In this document: in pieces, positions 1-11,200 of the stretch
How the letters are laid out: every line of letters starts with the position of its first letter
Numbering within the stretch: position 1 is the first letter of the stretch
Assembly: GCA_964035575.1 (NCBI GenBank)
Contig: OZ037838.1
Coordinates: 744,001-808,000 of the forward strand
Direction: 5' to 3'
DNA length: 64,000 nucleotides
DNA from: Rhynchopus sp. YZ270_cl-10
Lineage: Eukaryota
Made by a program: the position numbers and the translations under genes
The notes under the pieces: generated by a model
Database searches by the model: none
Told to the model about the DNA's origin: nothing
The model's input: the letters and a program-made list of their open reading frames with translations, nothing else

Positions 1-552
1 CGCGCGCGCAAAAAAAAAGTTTTTTAAAAAAGTTTTTCCTGAAAAAAAGTTGTGGGAACAGGGTGATCCTGTGGGCTTTTTATAAAATCGCCTCACGGGC
101 CCCAAAAACGGGTGACCCAAAACACAGTTTTTTAGCATTTCCGGAATCCGTCCAGAAAGTGGTGGGGTCAATCTCGAAAATTGGACAATTTTTTGACCAC
201 TTAAATTTTTGAAAATATGAGCCCGGTCACAATATCAATTATTAAAGTTATTACACAGAGACCCGAAGGGTTGGTTGTGATGTATAGGTCTTGTGCCAAA
301 TGTTGTTCAGCAACAAAGAGAAAGCGATTATCACTGAGGTTGAGCTTCATCTTAGTTGAAATTCATCTTGCCCTTTTTTGCGGCTTTGTACAGAAACCAC
401 CGTATTTTTACCCCGCGTATAGGCGCGTACACGGTCCTATACGGTCATGTACGCGGGGTAAAAATCAGGTGGAGAAAGAGTCTTCGGGGATAAATGATTG
501 TCCAGGTAACACTATAATGTTATGAGAACCACCCCACACCCACCAACCACAG

Positions 553-3302
553 GGCAACCCAACGAAGAAGGAAGTGTTTGTGCAGTACTTTCGGAAGTGG
601 TTCTTTATTGATTTGCTGTCTGCGTTTCCGTTTCACATAGTCTTGTTTTTAATGTATGTTTTTCTTCTTCTTTGTTAGTCTCTCTGAGGGAAAATGACAT
701 TTTAAAAAGGGTGCAAGCATTCAGCACTCTTACGCTGTGTTGTCCTCGTCTTTTGAGTTTCGATTTTATATAAAGTTTCTCCCTTTTTTTTCGCTCTTCC
801 AAATCCGATTTGTAATACACAAAAAACAAAAAAAAAATATACAGCGGAAACGAAACGCTGCACACTGTGCTGTACCACCTGACACTGCTGAGACTACTGC
901 GTGTCTTCACCTATTTCAGACAGGTCAACAAAGAAGCGATCAGTGCAAGGTATGTTGGATGCCTCTCTCCCCCCCCCCCCCCCCTTTTAAAATACATTCA
1001 ACCAAAAAGCTTGGTGTCTGCATAAGCGCGGCTTTGAGAATTTTTTTCACTTCTTCACTTCTCTTCGTTGTACACTTCTGAATTTTCACTTCTTTTCATT
1101 AGAAAATAATATGAAATAAAATTTTCATACTATATCTGTTACAACGTTATCGAAAACATAAAGAACGTTGAAGTGTTATTTTATGAATTTTTTTTTTTTT
1201 TCAACTGGACAACAGATGGACAAAACTCCATCTTTCGATTGAAAATTATATCTTAATATTTTTGCCACTCCACACCTCCACACCTCCACACCTCCACACC
1301 TCCACACCTCCACACCTCCACACCTCCACACCTCCACACCTCCACACCTCCACACCTCCACACCTCCACACCTCCACACCTCCACACCTCCACACCTCCA
1401 CACCTCCACACCCCCTCCCCCTCCCCCTCACAGCTACATCAAGACGCACTACCAGTTAGTCCCTTTGATTTTGATGGCCTTCTGGAGCATCGCTGCACTC
1501 CACTTGATGGTGGTGGTCCGTCTTGCGCTCATATCCGATAGACGCAAGGAGGACTACGCATACATAAATGCCATCTACTACGTGCTCTATACAGGTCTGC
1601 CACACACACCCTCGCCCATTTCCCACCCGCTCCCCAAAGCGATGACATTGTATGCCATATTCGCGTTTACGAACTGAGCTATGATGGCCCTTCGTTTTAG
1701 CACGTTGTTTTTCTTTCTTTTTTTTCTTTTTTGAGATTTTTTTTGACATTACTTAAAACAGTGACAACCGTTGGCTATGGGGATGTGGAGGTGATAACAG
1801 AGCTGGAGAGGATATATGCCTGCTTTCTCTTCATTTTCGGTACCATTGCGAATGCTGCTATCATTGGAAAGCTTTCGAAAATCATGCAGGCGCACAATAT
1901 CGAGAGTGAACGGAAACAACGGATGATGGAGACTCTCGCGGTGCTGAAGTACTTCAACATACCGCGGAGCCTGCAGCAGGAGGTACTGGCCTTTCAGTCG
2001 CACATCTTGGCGCAGAATGTAGGAAGCAGCTATAGCCAGATCATCAATGGGTTGCCAGATGCCATGAGGCAGCAGATTGGTCTATATGTCAAGATAAAGT
2101 TTGTATCCACGGTAGATATGTTCCGTGACGCAGACCAAGGCTGCAAAGTTGCGCTCGCAGAAAACCTCAAAAACGTTGTCTTCGCACCAGGTCAATACAT
2201 CATCAAAGCCGGCGAGGCTGGGCAAGAAATGTTTTTCATGGGGCATGGTTATGCTGACGTGCTTACCCCTGGAGGGGATTATCTGGCTACAATAAAAAAA
2301 GGAGGGTTTTTTGGAGAAATCGCGCTATTAATAGAGACGAAACGAACTGCAAGCATCAAGGCGCTAACCTACTGCGATTTGTTCCGGTTAGATAAAGAGG
2401 ATTTTCATAAAATTCTTGTTGAATTTCCGAATTTTAATGAACAGATTCAGAATGAGATTGCAACGCGGAAGGAACAGATTGAGAAGCAAAAACGCGAGAG
2501 GGACGATACCAAGGTACAAAAGGATTCCGAAGAGAAACAGGAGAAGCCACCTGACAACCCTGGTACTCCTTCTTCTACCAAAGACAACAGCGACCCTCTA
2601 GAATGTAGCCATAGCACACGAGACGCGCCGTTTGGTCGTTCCTTTGCGATGCCGGCCCTACGAGAATCGGTATCCGTCTCGTCAAGCATGCTCCCTGGCG
2701 GGTCTGAAAGAGACAGTGTGATGAGTACAAGCGGTGGGGAATCCTTTCAGATGACCAATTCAGAACTCGTCCAGACCTTGCGTTCATTGAAGAGAAGACC
2801 TCTCCCAAGAAGCAGACAACGTCGTTCGGTCATCCCTTCCCCAAACGTCGAGGTGCTTGACGAAACGATGCGATTGTGCAAGCCACCGAACGGACGCTCC
2901 TCTCCTAGAGGTGGCGTCTATCCACATAGCTATTCGCAACCGATTTCTCGGATGTCTCTCGCTGAAATGCAGGACAGCGATCTTGACTTAGGAAGACGCA
3001 GTTCAGCAGGATTGATGAGTTTCGATGCAAAGCCAAGAGATCCATTTGAGAAGCTTGGCGAGCTGGGGGACATTCTCCTGGAAATTCAAGGCTCCGTAGC
3101 GACTCTGGAAACCCGTATGACAGAAATGGAAGGTCAAAACCAAAACACCGCAAAACAACGAGCCTCACGAAAGCAGACACGAATCGACGTAGAGGGCCAC
3201 CCCGCTGATACACCACACCCCCTTTTAATCCCAAATGTGGCAAATGAATCAGAAAAACGGCCAAGCGTAACCTTCGAGGAGACAGAAGAGGGCGATGGAT
3301 GA
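553..3302 (+). CDS. Cyclic-nucleotide-binding-domain K+ channel (KCNH/CNG/HCN-like), 5'-incomplete; exons 553-653, 845-949, 1434-1594, 1762-3302
   Basis: Three GT-AG introns splice in frame. The joined protein gives S3 (YFRKWFFIDLLSAFPF), S4 (LLRLLRVF), S5, pore helix and selectivity filter (YINAIYYVLYTVTTVGYGD), S6, C-linker and CNBD (FFGEIALL...RTASIKA...CDLFRL). Earlier exons are not identified and probably lie upstream of the window. Confidence 0.93.
1270..1412. repeat. Minisatellite (CCACACCT)n, about 18 copies, intronic
   Basis: Perfect 8-bp tandem array in intron 950-1433, ending about 20 nt before the acceptor. Confidence 0.97.
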
Positions 3303-5113
3303 GGGGAAAAGGGAGGGGAGGGAGAAACAGATGACATGGAGTATGGGTTTTTGAAAAAAAGAAAAGAAAAAACAAACGAAATAAACAATGTTCCTAAAGC
3401 CTATCGATTATGGATTTTTTTTTGGAAAAAATATTTTTGTTCTGTTTTCTTCAAAGGGTGGTCAAGATGGGGTAAAATTTAAGTGGTGAAAAAAATGTTC
3501 ATTTTCCGCGACCCCATCATGAGTCTGGAAGTGCAAAAATCCGTAGCAAAAAGAAAGAAAGAACAAGCCAAGAACAGAGCGCCTTCTAGCTAGCACTTTA
3601 CAGTGAAATGAAGGGCGGGGCAGGGGGGGACTAGCTTGGCCATGTAATTGGGTCAGCTGATCCACTTCCTAAATTTAATACAAACTACGCAACTCCAACA
3701 ATTTATCAAAAAAAGATTTAAAGTATGGTGTGATTCAGGGGGTAAGGCCAACCCATGGAAGAACCACGGGGGAACCACGGAGAACTGTTTTTGGGCTATA
3801 TTAAGATTTGCGGAGCACCTTCGGGGGGAACCACGGTATAACCACAGAGAATCCGTTTGGTGATGACACCAAAGAAGGCGAACTTTTTATTCCCATTTTT
3901 GTAGAACGAGCTGTATTATAGTGGGAAAGTGAGTGGCATGTCAAAACTTTTTATAAAAAAAACCCTCTTCAAAAAAAGCAAGTGACTTCCTGTCTAAAAC
4001 TCAACCAAAAAGAAAATTTTGTACCGAGTCTGCAAGCCGTTGCACGCTTACTGTATTTCACCCCCCTCTTTTTATAAAGTTTGTTTTTTTGTTTTTTGTT
4101 TTTTGTTTTTTGTGCTTTCATCCGGGGCTGGCATCGTGCATAGATTATTCTGAGGCGTGCCTACACTAATAACTATCCTACATTTCTCTCTCTCTCTCTC
4201 ACTCTCTCTTCTCTTTGTTGTTGTTGTTTTACTTTTTGTTTCCATTTTCTGTGGAAGTGAACAAGGCTTTCCAGCCCTGTTAACGCAATGCGACTAAAAA
4301 GCGAGGAGATTATATGAAAATAAAAATTCGAGGTGACTACACTTTGTCAAGCACTGATGAAGTCCACCTCTGTTTACAACTAATGTATGCGTTTAGGACT
4401 GAAACATGGACTTGTGGTACAGATGTACCACCCTACAAAAATTTTTGAATATGCATATTTACAAAAAAACAAAAACAAAACAAAAAGGATCCAAAAATAC
4501 AACAAAAAAGATTGATGAATAACCAATGTTCAAAACATTAAGTAATCTAATCAGACTACACTTTGTCAATTTATCAAAAAAAAAGTCGAGATTGCACAAA
4601 CTGTGGCAACACAACTGAGGCAACTATAGTAGTTACTATACTAATCCAAAAAAAAATATTAAAAAGCAAAACAAAACACTCTGCGAATTAATAGCCTATT
4701 TGCATGCCCGAGGATGAATTTATTCTCTCCCCCCGGCTTGTTACCACTCCATACAGCAAAACACAGTGGAGCTCATCCTTGGGGGTGTGTCTACACTACT
4801 ACAACAGAGATTTCAAATTTATTACAATATGGTGCTTTCGGAAGTCGGTCAGCGACCTGTCAATATCGACCCCTCCCGGAGCACCACAATACATTTTTTT
4901 TCTCTTTCATTGATACAAAAGACAGTATTGCCACAATAACAACCAACTCCCTCCTTTTTCAAGGAATGGCCCAAGAAAATAACAAAAAAAAAAAAAAAAG
5001 CGATTCTTTTACATTCTACATCCCCCACCTTCAAACCACATCCAACCAGAATACACCCAGAGTGATCCAACCCCATATTTTTTTTTGCAAAATTCTTAAC
5101 CCCATTTCCTCTC

Positions 5114-6682
5114 ATGGACCCTCCTCCTCAGCACAGCCCATTTCATGAAACGCTGCCTTGTTCTAAGAAGAGGATGTGGCTGGTTGGGGAGGAGGGTGGG
5201 CGTGTGGTGAGGAGGAGACTTGATGCAGCTGGGGACGTGGTCGCAGAAGTGGCGAAGCTGTCGGAAGAGCAGGGAGTTCTGTGTGTACCGAATGCGGCAG
5301 GGGATGGTTGGGGCGACCTGGGCACAACGATTGCGGCATGTCTGCCACTACTCCAGACCCTTGGTGTTGGGAACACATTCTTCGAAGGAACCATCCGAAA
5401 GCTCAGCTCCCGCCTCACCTCGCAGCTTCCCACCCTCTCACAGCACCACCCTGAAGTCCTTCTCTCCTCTCTACAGCATCTTGCTCCATTCTCATCTAGC
5501 CCAAGCATCGCAACGCTTTCTGTTGCCATAGCTGGTTCTCTTCTACAGCGTAAGGACTATACGGTACAAAAACTCCCCCAAAATACGCAAAATTTGTTGC
5601 AAAAGGAGTCCGCCCTTACTATGCCTGATTTAGAAGGGCGTGCGAAGGTGTGGTGTCATTGTCTGAATCGGTTGACGGCAGATATTTTGACGCTCCGGAA
5701 GCTTGCGGATTACAGTGGGTTTGCGTACCAAAGACAGACGGATTTTGTGTTGAATTTCGCGGCGAGGATGGGTCCGGAAGGGGATGTGTTTCTCGATCGG
5801 AAGAAATTACCTCCGATGTTCCGTTCGATCCGTCCGTTGACAACTGCATTAAACCCTGCTTTGATCGCACAACTCCAAAACGTTCATGTCGCAGTAGGGG
5901 ATTCAAAAGCCGCCTCCTTCTTTTTTTGTACATTTTACCATCATTGGGCGGTTTTGCCTGCGTTGGTTGCACTAGGAGAAGAGATATATGGTGCTTCGAC
6001 AGATGGGTTTGTCGAACGTCCAGCATCATTAGCACAGTTTGGATCCATGCAGGCAGTGCTCAATGATGAGGTCTACAAAGGGGAGCATTGTAGCCTTGCA
6101 CTACGAATGCCATTTGTTTCGAGTGCATTGCATTTTGCGGTATTTTATATTACAGATGTCAGGTCAATTCAAGCAAAGAACGTGCTTGCGGGGTTGTTCA
6201 AATTGCTGAAGAGAGTTCATATGGTGAGGACCACTGATACGGTGTTAACTGCATATCTCAATGCAGTACATTCTGCGGTAAAAGGAGAGATGGCAGCACT
6301 GTCAACAATAATCTCGGATACTTCTGATGTTGTGCTGATCGCGCTCTCAATGCATCTGTTTGTCGCATTGCTGTCAAGCGGAATGACGGTGCATCCAATG
6401 CTTGACGTTCTCCTCCGAGGTCTGGGAGTTTCTATTCCCCGCTCTTCAGGTACACATTGGGAAGACCATTTAGCCCTTACCGTTACCGCTGTAGGTCAAA
6501 GTGTACAGCGTTCCCGTGCAGGAGCGCTTAGTGTTGCCGGCATGGTTGCAGAGCACCTCCTTATACCCCTCAAACGTGCGGGGAAGCAGCAAAGCTCTTT
6601 AGAGTCCTTCCTCTTTAAGGCGTGTACATATGTGCATATGCCCGAAGAGCTGCCAAAATCGGTGAAGGATTTAGAGGGTTGA
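5114..6682 (+). CDS. Probable negative elongation factor B (NELF-B/COBRA1)-like protein, 522 aa
   Basis: Intronless ORF. The N-terminal ~190 aa align collinearly by eye with remembered human NELF-B: EVAKLSEEQGV~AIEQFQTENGV, ACLPLLQTLG~SALPFLDLHG, TIRKLSSRL~VFDELRDKL, LLSSLQHLAPFSSSPSI~LEDLLEKSFSLVKMPSL, KLPQ~KVPE, LEGRAKVW~VEVKRQIW. Confidence 0.62.
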   Translation: MDPPPQHSPFHETLPCSKKRMWLVGEEGGRVVRRRLDAAGDVVAEVAKLSEEQGVLCVPNAAGDGWGDLGTTIAACLPLLQTLGVGNTFFEGTIRKLSSRLTSQLPTLSQHHPEVLLSSLQHLAPFSSSPSIATLSVAIAGSLLQRKDYTVQKLPQNTQNLLQKESALTMPDLEGRAKVWCHCLNRLTADILTLRKLADYSGFAYQRQTDFVLNFAARMGPEGDVFLDRKKLPPMFRSIRPLTTALNPALIAQLQNVHVAVGDSKAASFFFCTFYHHWAVLPALVALGEEIYGASTDGFVERPASLAQFGSMQAVLNDEVYKGEHCSLALRMPFVSSALHFAVFYITDVRSIQAKNVLAGLFKLLKRVHMVRTTDTVLTAYLNAVHSAVKGEMAALSTIISDTSDVVLIALSMHLFVALLSSGMTVHPMLDVLLRGLGVSIPRSSGTHWEDHLALTVTAVGQSVQRSRAGALSVAGMVAEHLLIPLKRAGKQQSSLESFLFKACTYVHMPEELPKSVKDLEG

Positions 6683-7133
6683 AAAAAAAAAATGTGAAAA
6701 ATTCAAAATGAAAGATTTGGATAGGATAGGGCATAGATTTCTATTCTGTTGTGTTCCCTTTGGAAAAGGATTTTCTTTTTTGTAGAGATTAGTTTAGACT
6801 GGGGGGGAGGGTGAGCCGAACGGAGTTGAGTTGGATTCCCTTTGGTGTGGGGGGAGGGGAGGGGAGGGGATGGGATGGGGGTGCACTTTGCGCATGGTGT
6901 CAGCTTTTTCTTTGATTGTTGTATCTTCCCCCAACACACCCATCCAATATTTCAAAAAGACGAAGGACCCCCTGAGATTGTTTTATTGTTCACTTAAATC
7001 TGCTATTGTGATAAAATTCTATAATTAATTGCTATGGGAAATCAGTCAACAACCTGTCAATATCGACCCCTCCTGAAGCACCAATCAAGCATATTTTTTA
7101 GTTCACTCTACACAGAAAAAGCGATTTCAAACA

Positions 7134-7586
7134 ATGGCAGTGTCGACTGAGGGTGCGGTAGCAGAAACAAACACTACAACCACAACCACACCAAAGGTGG
7201 ATCTACGCAGTGTGTTTGATGCCGCAGCTGAAGCGCTGCCTGATCACGAGAAGCATCCCGCGCATGCATGCGTCGCACTGCACAAACTTCTCCACGCGGC
7301 GCCTGCCGATGCCCACATCTTCGACACACTAGGCCACACCTTCCGCACCTCGCACGCAGCAGGACTCCCACCAGGTGTCGCAGGGGTACCAGGCAAGTCG
7401 CTCATCCTCAAGGCTTATCAACTCTACCAAGAGAAGAAGGGCCCACCTCCAGCACGTCCGTCTGAGATGTCTGAGGCGGAGCTTGCGGAGTGGAAGAAGA
7501 GCGTCATCGAGGACTGGAAGGATATGAGCGAGCATCTGCAGAAGGCGGTGGCGATGCTGATGTCGCGGTTGGATAGCTTGCAGTAA
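7134..7586 (+). CDS. Hypothetical protein, 150 aa
   Basis: GC-rich ORF in AT-rich surroundings. It is preceded by an ACAG acceptor-like site and an A-rich leader, as the other genes are. No family recognised. Confidence 0.75.
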   Translation: MAVSTEGAVAETNTTTTTTPKVDLRSVFDAAAEALPDHEKHPAHACVALHKLLHAAPADAHIFDTLGHTFRTSHAAGLPPGVAGVPGKSLILKAYQLYQEKKGPPPARPSEMSEAELAEWKKSVIEDWKDMSEHLQKAVAMLMSRLDSLQ

Positions 7587-8206
7587 GCTTGCTGGGGTGG
7601 GGGTGGGTGGTGGTCTGGGATACTGTGGAAAATGGCGTCCCGTTGGCGTGGGTATTACCGTAGTGTGGGCAAGAGATCTAGCCCTGTGTCATGTTGTGTG
7701 TTGTGTGCTCTTGTTCATGGGAGGTGTGGCAAAAATGTTCTAACCCTTTTAAAAGCCTTGGTTACGCTGTGACACATAGGTGTCTGGACGTTGCAGCGAA
7801 GTGCTTCAATTCTTCAATTTATCACATAAAAAAAATAAAATAGTTTCAGCGATGCCATAGTCTCACCCTGCAAAACGCCCCCCTTTTTCTCATTTATTCT
7901 CTCATATATTTTTACCATATCGCCCACCACGCGAAGGCACTTCGCTACTGTGTTCGCCTCACTGTATCCGTGCTTTATTGTAGTATCACGCATTAGGAGC
8001 ACCCACCTTACAACTACCTTTGGATTCTCTTCTTTTTGTGGTCACCATTCGAGTATCCTCAATATTTAATATGCCACACCTTTTCATCTCCCCCACCAGA
8101 CAGGTATTTACAAAAAAAGAAAAGAAAACAACTCTTGAAGCAACGCCCTGGGGGGGTTTTTTCTTCTCTCCCTCCCTTCGGGAGATTTAGATTTTAGTTT
8201 GTTGCG

Positions 8207-11200
8207 ATGGGTTCGATGCAGTCTCAAGCGAATGTTATCGACGTGGTGAACCGAGAGATGCACGTTGCAACAGATATGGACCGTTCTGCTGGAGCGCGCA
8301 TTGCTGCGATTCGGAGGCTTGAGGATGTATGCCACGACACGTTTGCTGCTCCGTTGTGCCAAGCTGCGCTCTCTGAGACTCATCATATTAACGAAATGCT
8401 TGTTCTGTTACTCGAACGGAATGAAGATATATGTACAACCGCCTTCAAGCTTGTACGCACTGTGACAACAACAAACGACTTCCATGTACGCGAGCTCATC
8501 GGAAAACGGCTAATGGAGGACTTACTCGAGCTTCTTGGATCTGGCGTATCCTCGCACGGTATGCTGGAAGATTTATTAACAATTGTCGCGAATTTGCTGG
8601 AAAGCAACTCCTGCCGCATGGAGCTCGAACGCGCTACACTAAAAAAAGCCCCCGGTGGAATAAAAGCCTTCATCGGATACCTCGACAGCAGAACACCAAA
8701 GGTACAGCTGGCAGCGTTGAAAGCGTTAAACGCGATGGCACAGATTAAGTCAGGGCGTGCGATTATTGCAAGCGAGTCTGTCCTTCCTGTGGTGGGGCTG
8801 TGTTTTGTGGATACGCTTTATGGGGAAATCAAGTATTATGCGGTGAAGTTGCTTGCAAGCCTGAGCAAGCAGGCAGAAGTGCGGAAGATTATAGGGCAAA
8901 AGGGTGTCGTCTTTCGCCTCACACAGACTGTTGTGAATGGCGCGCAGGACCCGCTTCTTAGCCAGCTTCTTGCCTCGATCTACTGCAACTTCACAACCAG
9001 CCAAGACGTCGAAGATGTCGAACCCGCAAAGATCTTTGTAATGATCTACTCCCTGATCTGCTCCAACCAGATGGACGACGTCATCCAAGGTCTCTGGGCC
9101 CTTGCAAACTCTCTAACCTCCCCGGTACTAAGGCGGGAGTTGATTGAGACGGATGGACTCAAAATTGTGTTTTCCATTCTGCGGTTGAGTGACGGCGAGC
9201 CACAGATCTGGTACGAGACGGGGCGGATCATCGCAGCCGTGGCTGGGGGCGGTGCCGTGGGGAAGGGTGTGCACTCTGACGAGGAGCAGGAGTACCTTGT
9301 GCGTGAGGGTGCTGTGGAGGCGTTGGTTGCCATCTACCAATGGTGCATCGATGGGTCGTGCATGCCGCGTGCATCTGCACCCGACGATGAGGGTGACGTC
9401 TCGCAGGCGCTCTTCGACAGCGACGGTAACAACGTTGCGTCGTCCACACATTTCATGTGCATGTCGGTCTGCACGCGAGCCCTGCGCTACCTCACCACAC
9501 GCGCCCACGTTTGCCACCTCCTCAGCGAACTGAAAGGACTCCGCGCTCTCGTCCAAGTCCTCAAAGCAGATTGGGACACTGAAGCGCAAGAGCACGCCTC
9601 CTGTGCCATAGCCAATATAGTACTCATCAGTGAGCCCTGCCATGAGCTTGTCACACGTCATGAAGTGGTGCCCTCACTGATCGACCTGGTGCGCAACTCC
9701 ACGCACGACCTCATCCACAAGGAGGCCGCCAACGCGCTAGGAAACCTGTGCGCCATCGGTGGGCAGTATCTGCGTGAGATTATCAATGCTGGCGGCACGA
9801 TGGCGTTGATAGGTGTTCTGCAGCGCGAGCACTGCACTGTCGCGACAGCAACGCATGTCATCCGCGCGCTGGGCCTTCTGGACACGAACGACGCCAAGAT
9901 CGAGATGCTGAGTGGCGGTGGGCTGAAGCACATTATGCGTTTCGTTGTGACCGAATGTGCTGCACTACGCCGTGTGTGCGCGATTGCGATACGCTCACTA
10001 TCAGAAGTGCCCGAGGACGCGTGGCGCATCATGATGGTCGGCGACGGCGCAATGGAGGCTTTGGTGTTTCTTCTTGCCGACGACGACATCAGCACGATCC
10101 GCGAGTCGGCACGCGCCGTAGCGATGCTTACACAGCTGGAGTCGAACAAAACCTCCTGCACCGGAGAAGGCATCAACGCAGTGGTCGGGCACCTCGCAAA
10201 CACAGACCGCGAGTTGTGCATGTCGATCCTCAGCATCATCGGCAACGTCTGCACCGTCACCGAGGTGGTTGAGTCGATACCACACCTCGACACCGTCATC
10301 CGCCAGATCTGCTACGTCCTCCAGATGAACGCCTTCTCACTCACCCTGCAGGCCACCCGCTGTCTGGTGTCTCTCACAAAGCTGACCCGCTGCACAGCAA
10401 CGGTCCTCGCCACGATCCCTGCCTCGGTGTTCATTGAGATGACACTGTCGCACCACGCCACCTTGCAGATGCATGCTGTCAACGTCGTCACAAACCTTGC
10501 CATGGATCCGAACAACTGGAAGGCCCTGCGCGAGGCTCAGGTGTCTCAGGTATTATCATCGCTGTTCAGCTCCGACAGCTTTGACGTTATATTGCAGGCA
10601 GTGCAGTGCATGGGGTACATTGTGGCAGACCCGATCTGCCAGGAGGAGATCCTGAGCGACGGGCTGCTGATCAGCATGTTGGTTGATGTGGCGAAGAAGG
10701 CGGGGGACGTTGCCATTTCGCCGGACCCTAATATGCCGGGTTTCGTTGCATCACGCAACCTGCAGATGCTGGAGCGGGTTCTCGGCGCTATTAAACAGTT
10801 TGCAAATACAGAGGAAGGTGCACGAGGCTTGGTGGAAGTGTACTGCTGCCTCCCTCTTTTGCTTGAATGCATTGACTGCTCCACCTTAGAAGTCCGCAAC
10901 GAAGCGACAGGATGCCTCGCCATGCTCGCAGAACACCCCGAACAATGCGCTGCCATCGTCGAGGACGGTGGTGTAGAGAAGGTGGTGCAGGCACTACGGG
11001 CCGCCACCGCGCACCTGGCAGAGATGGAAGGCGACATAGCTGTTATCTCGAAGCGTCTTGGCGTGAACAAACTGTTGGAGATGAAACAACAGGACGACGA
11101 GGATGAGGAGGACGAGAAGATGTTCGATCTCTTCGAGCAGCGTGAGGAGCTGGTGCACTCGATGAACCAGCAGCTGCAGCTCAGCAAACAGACCCTGCAG

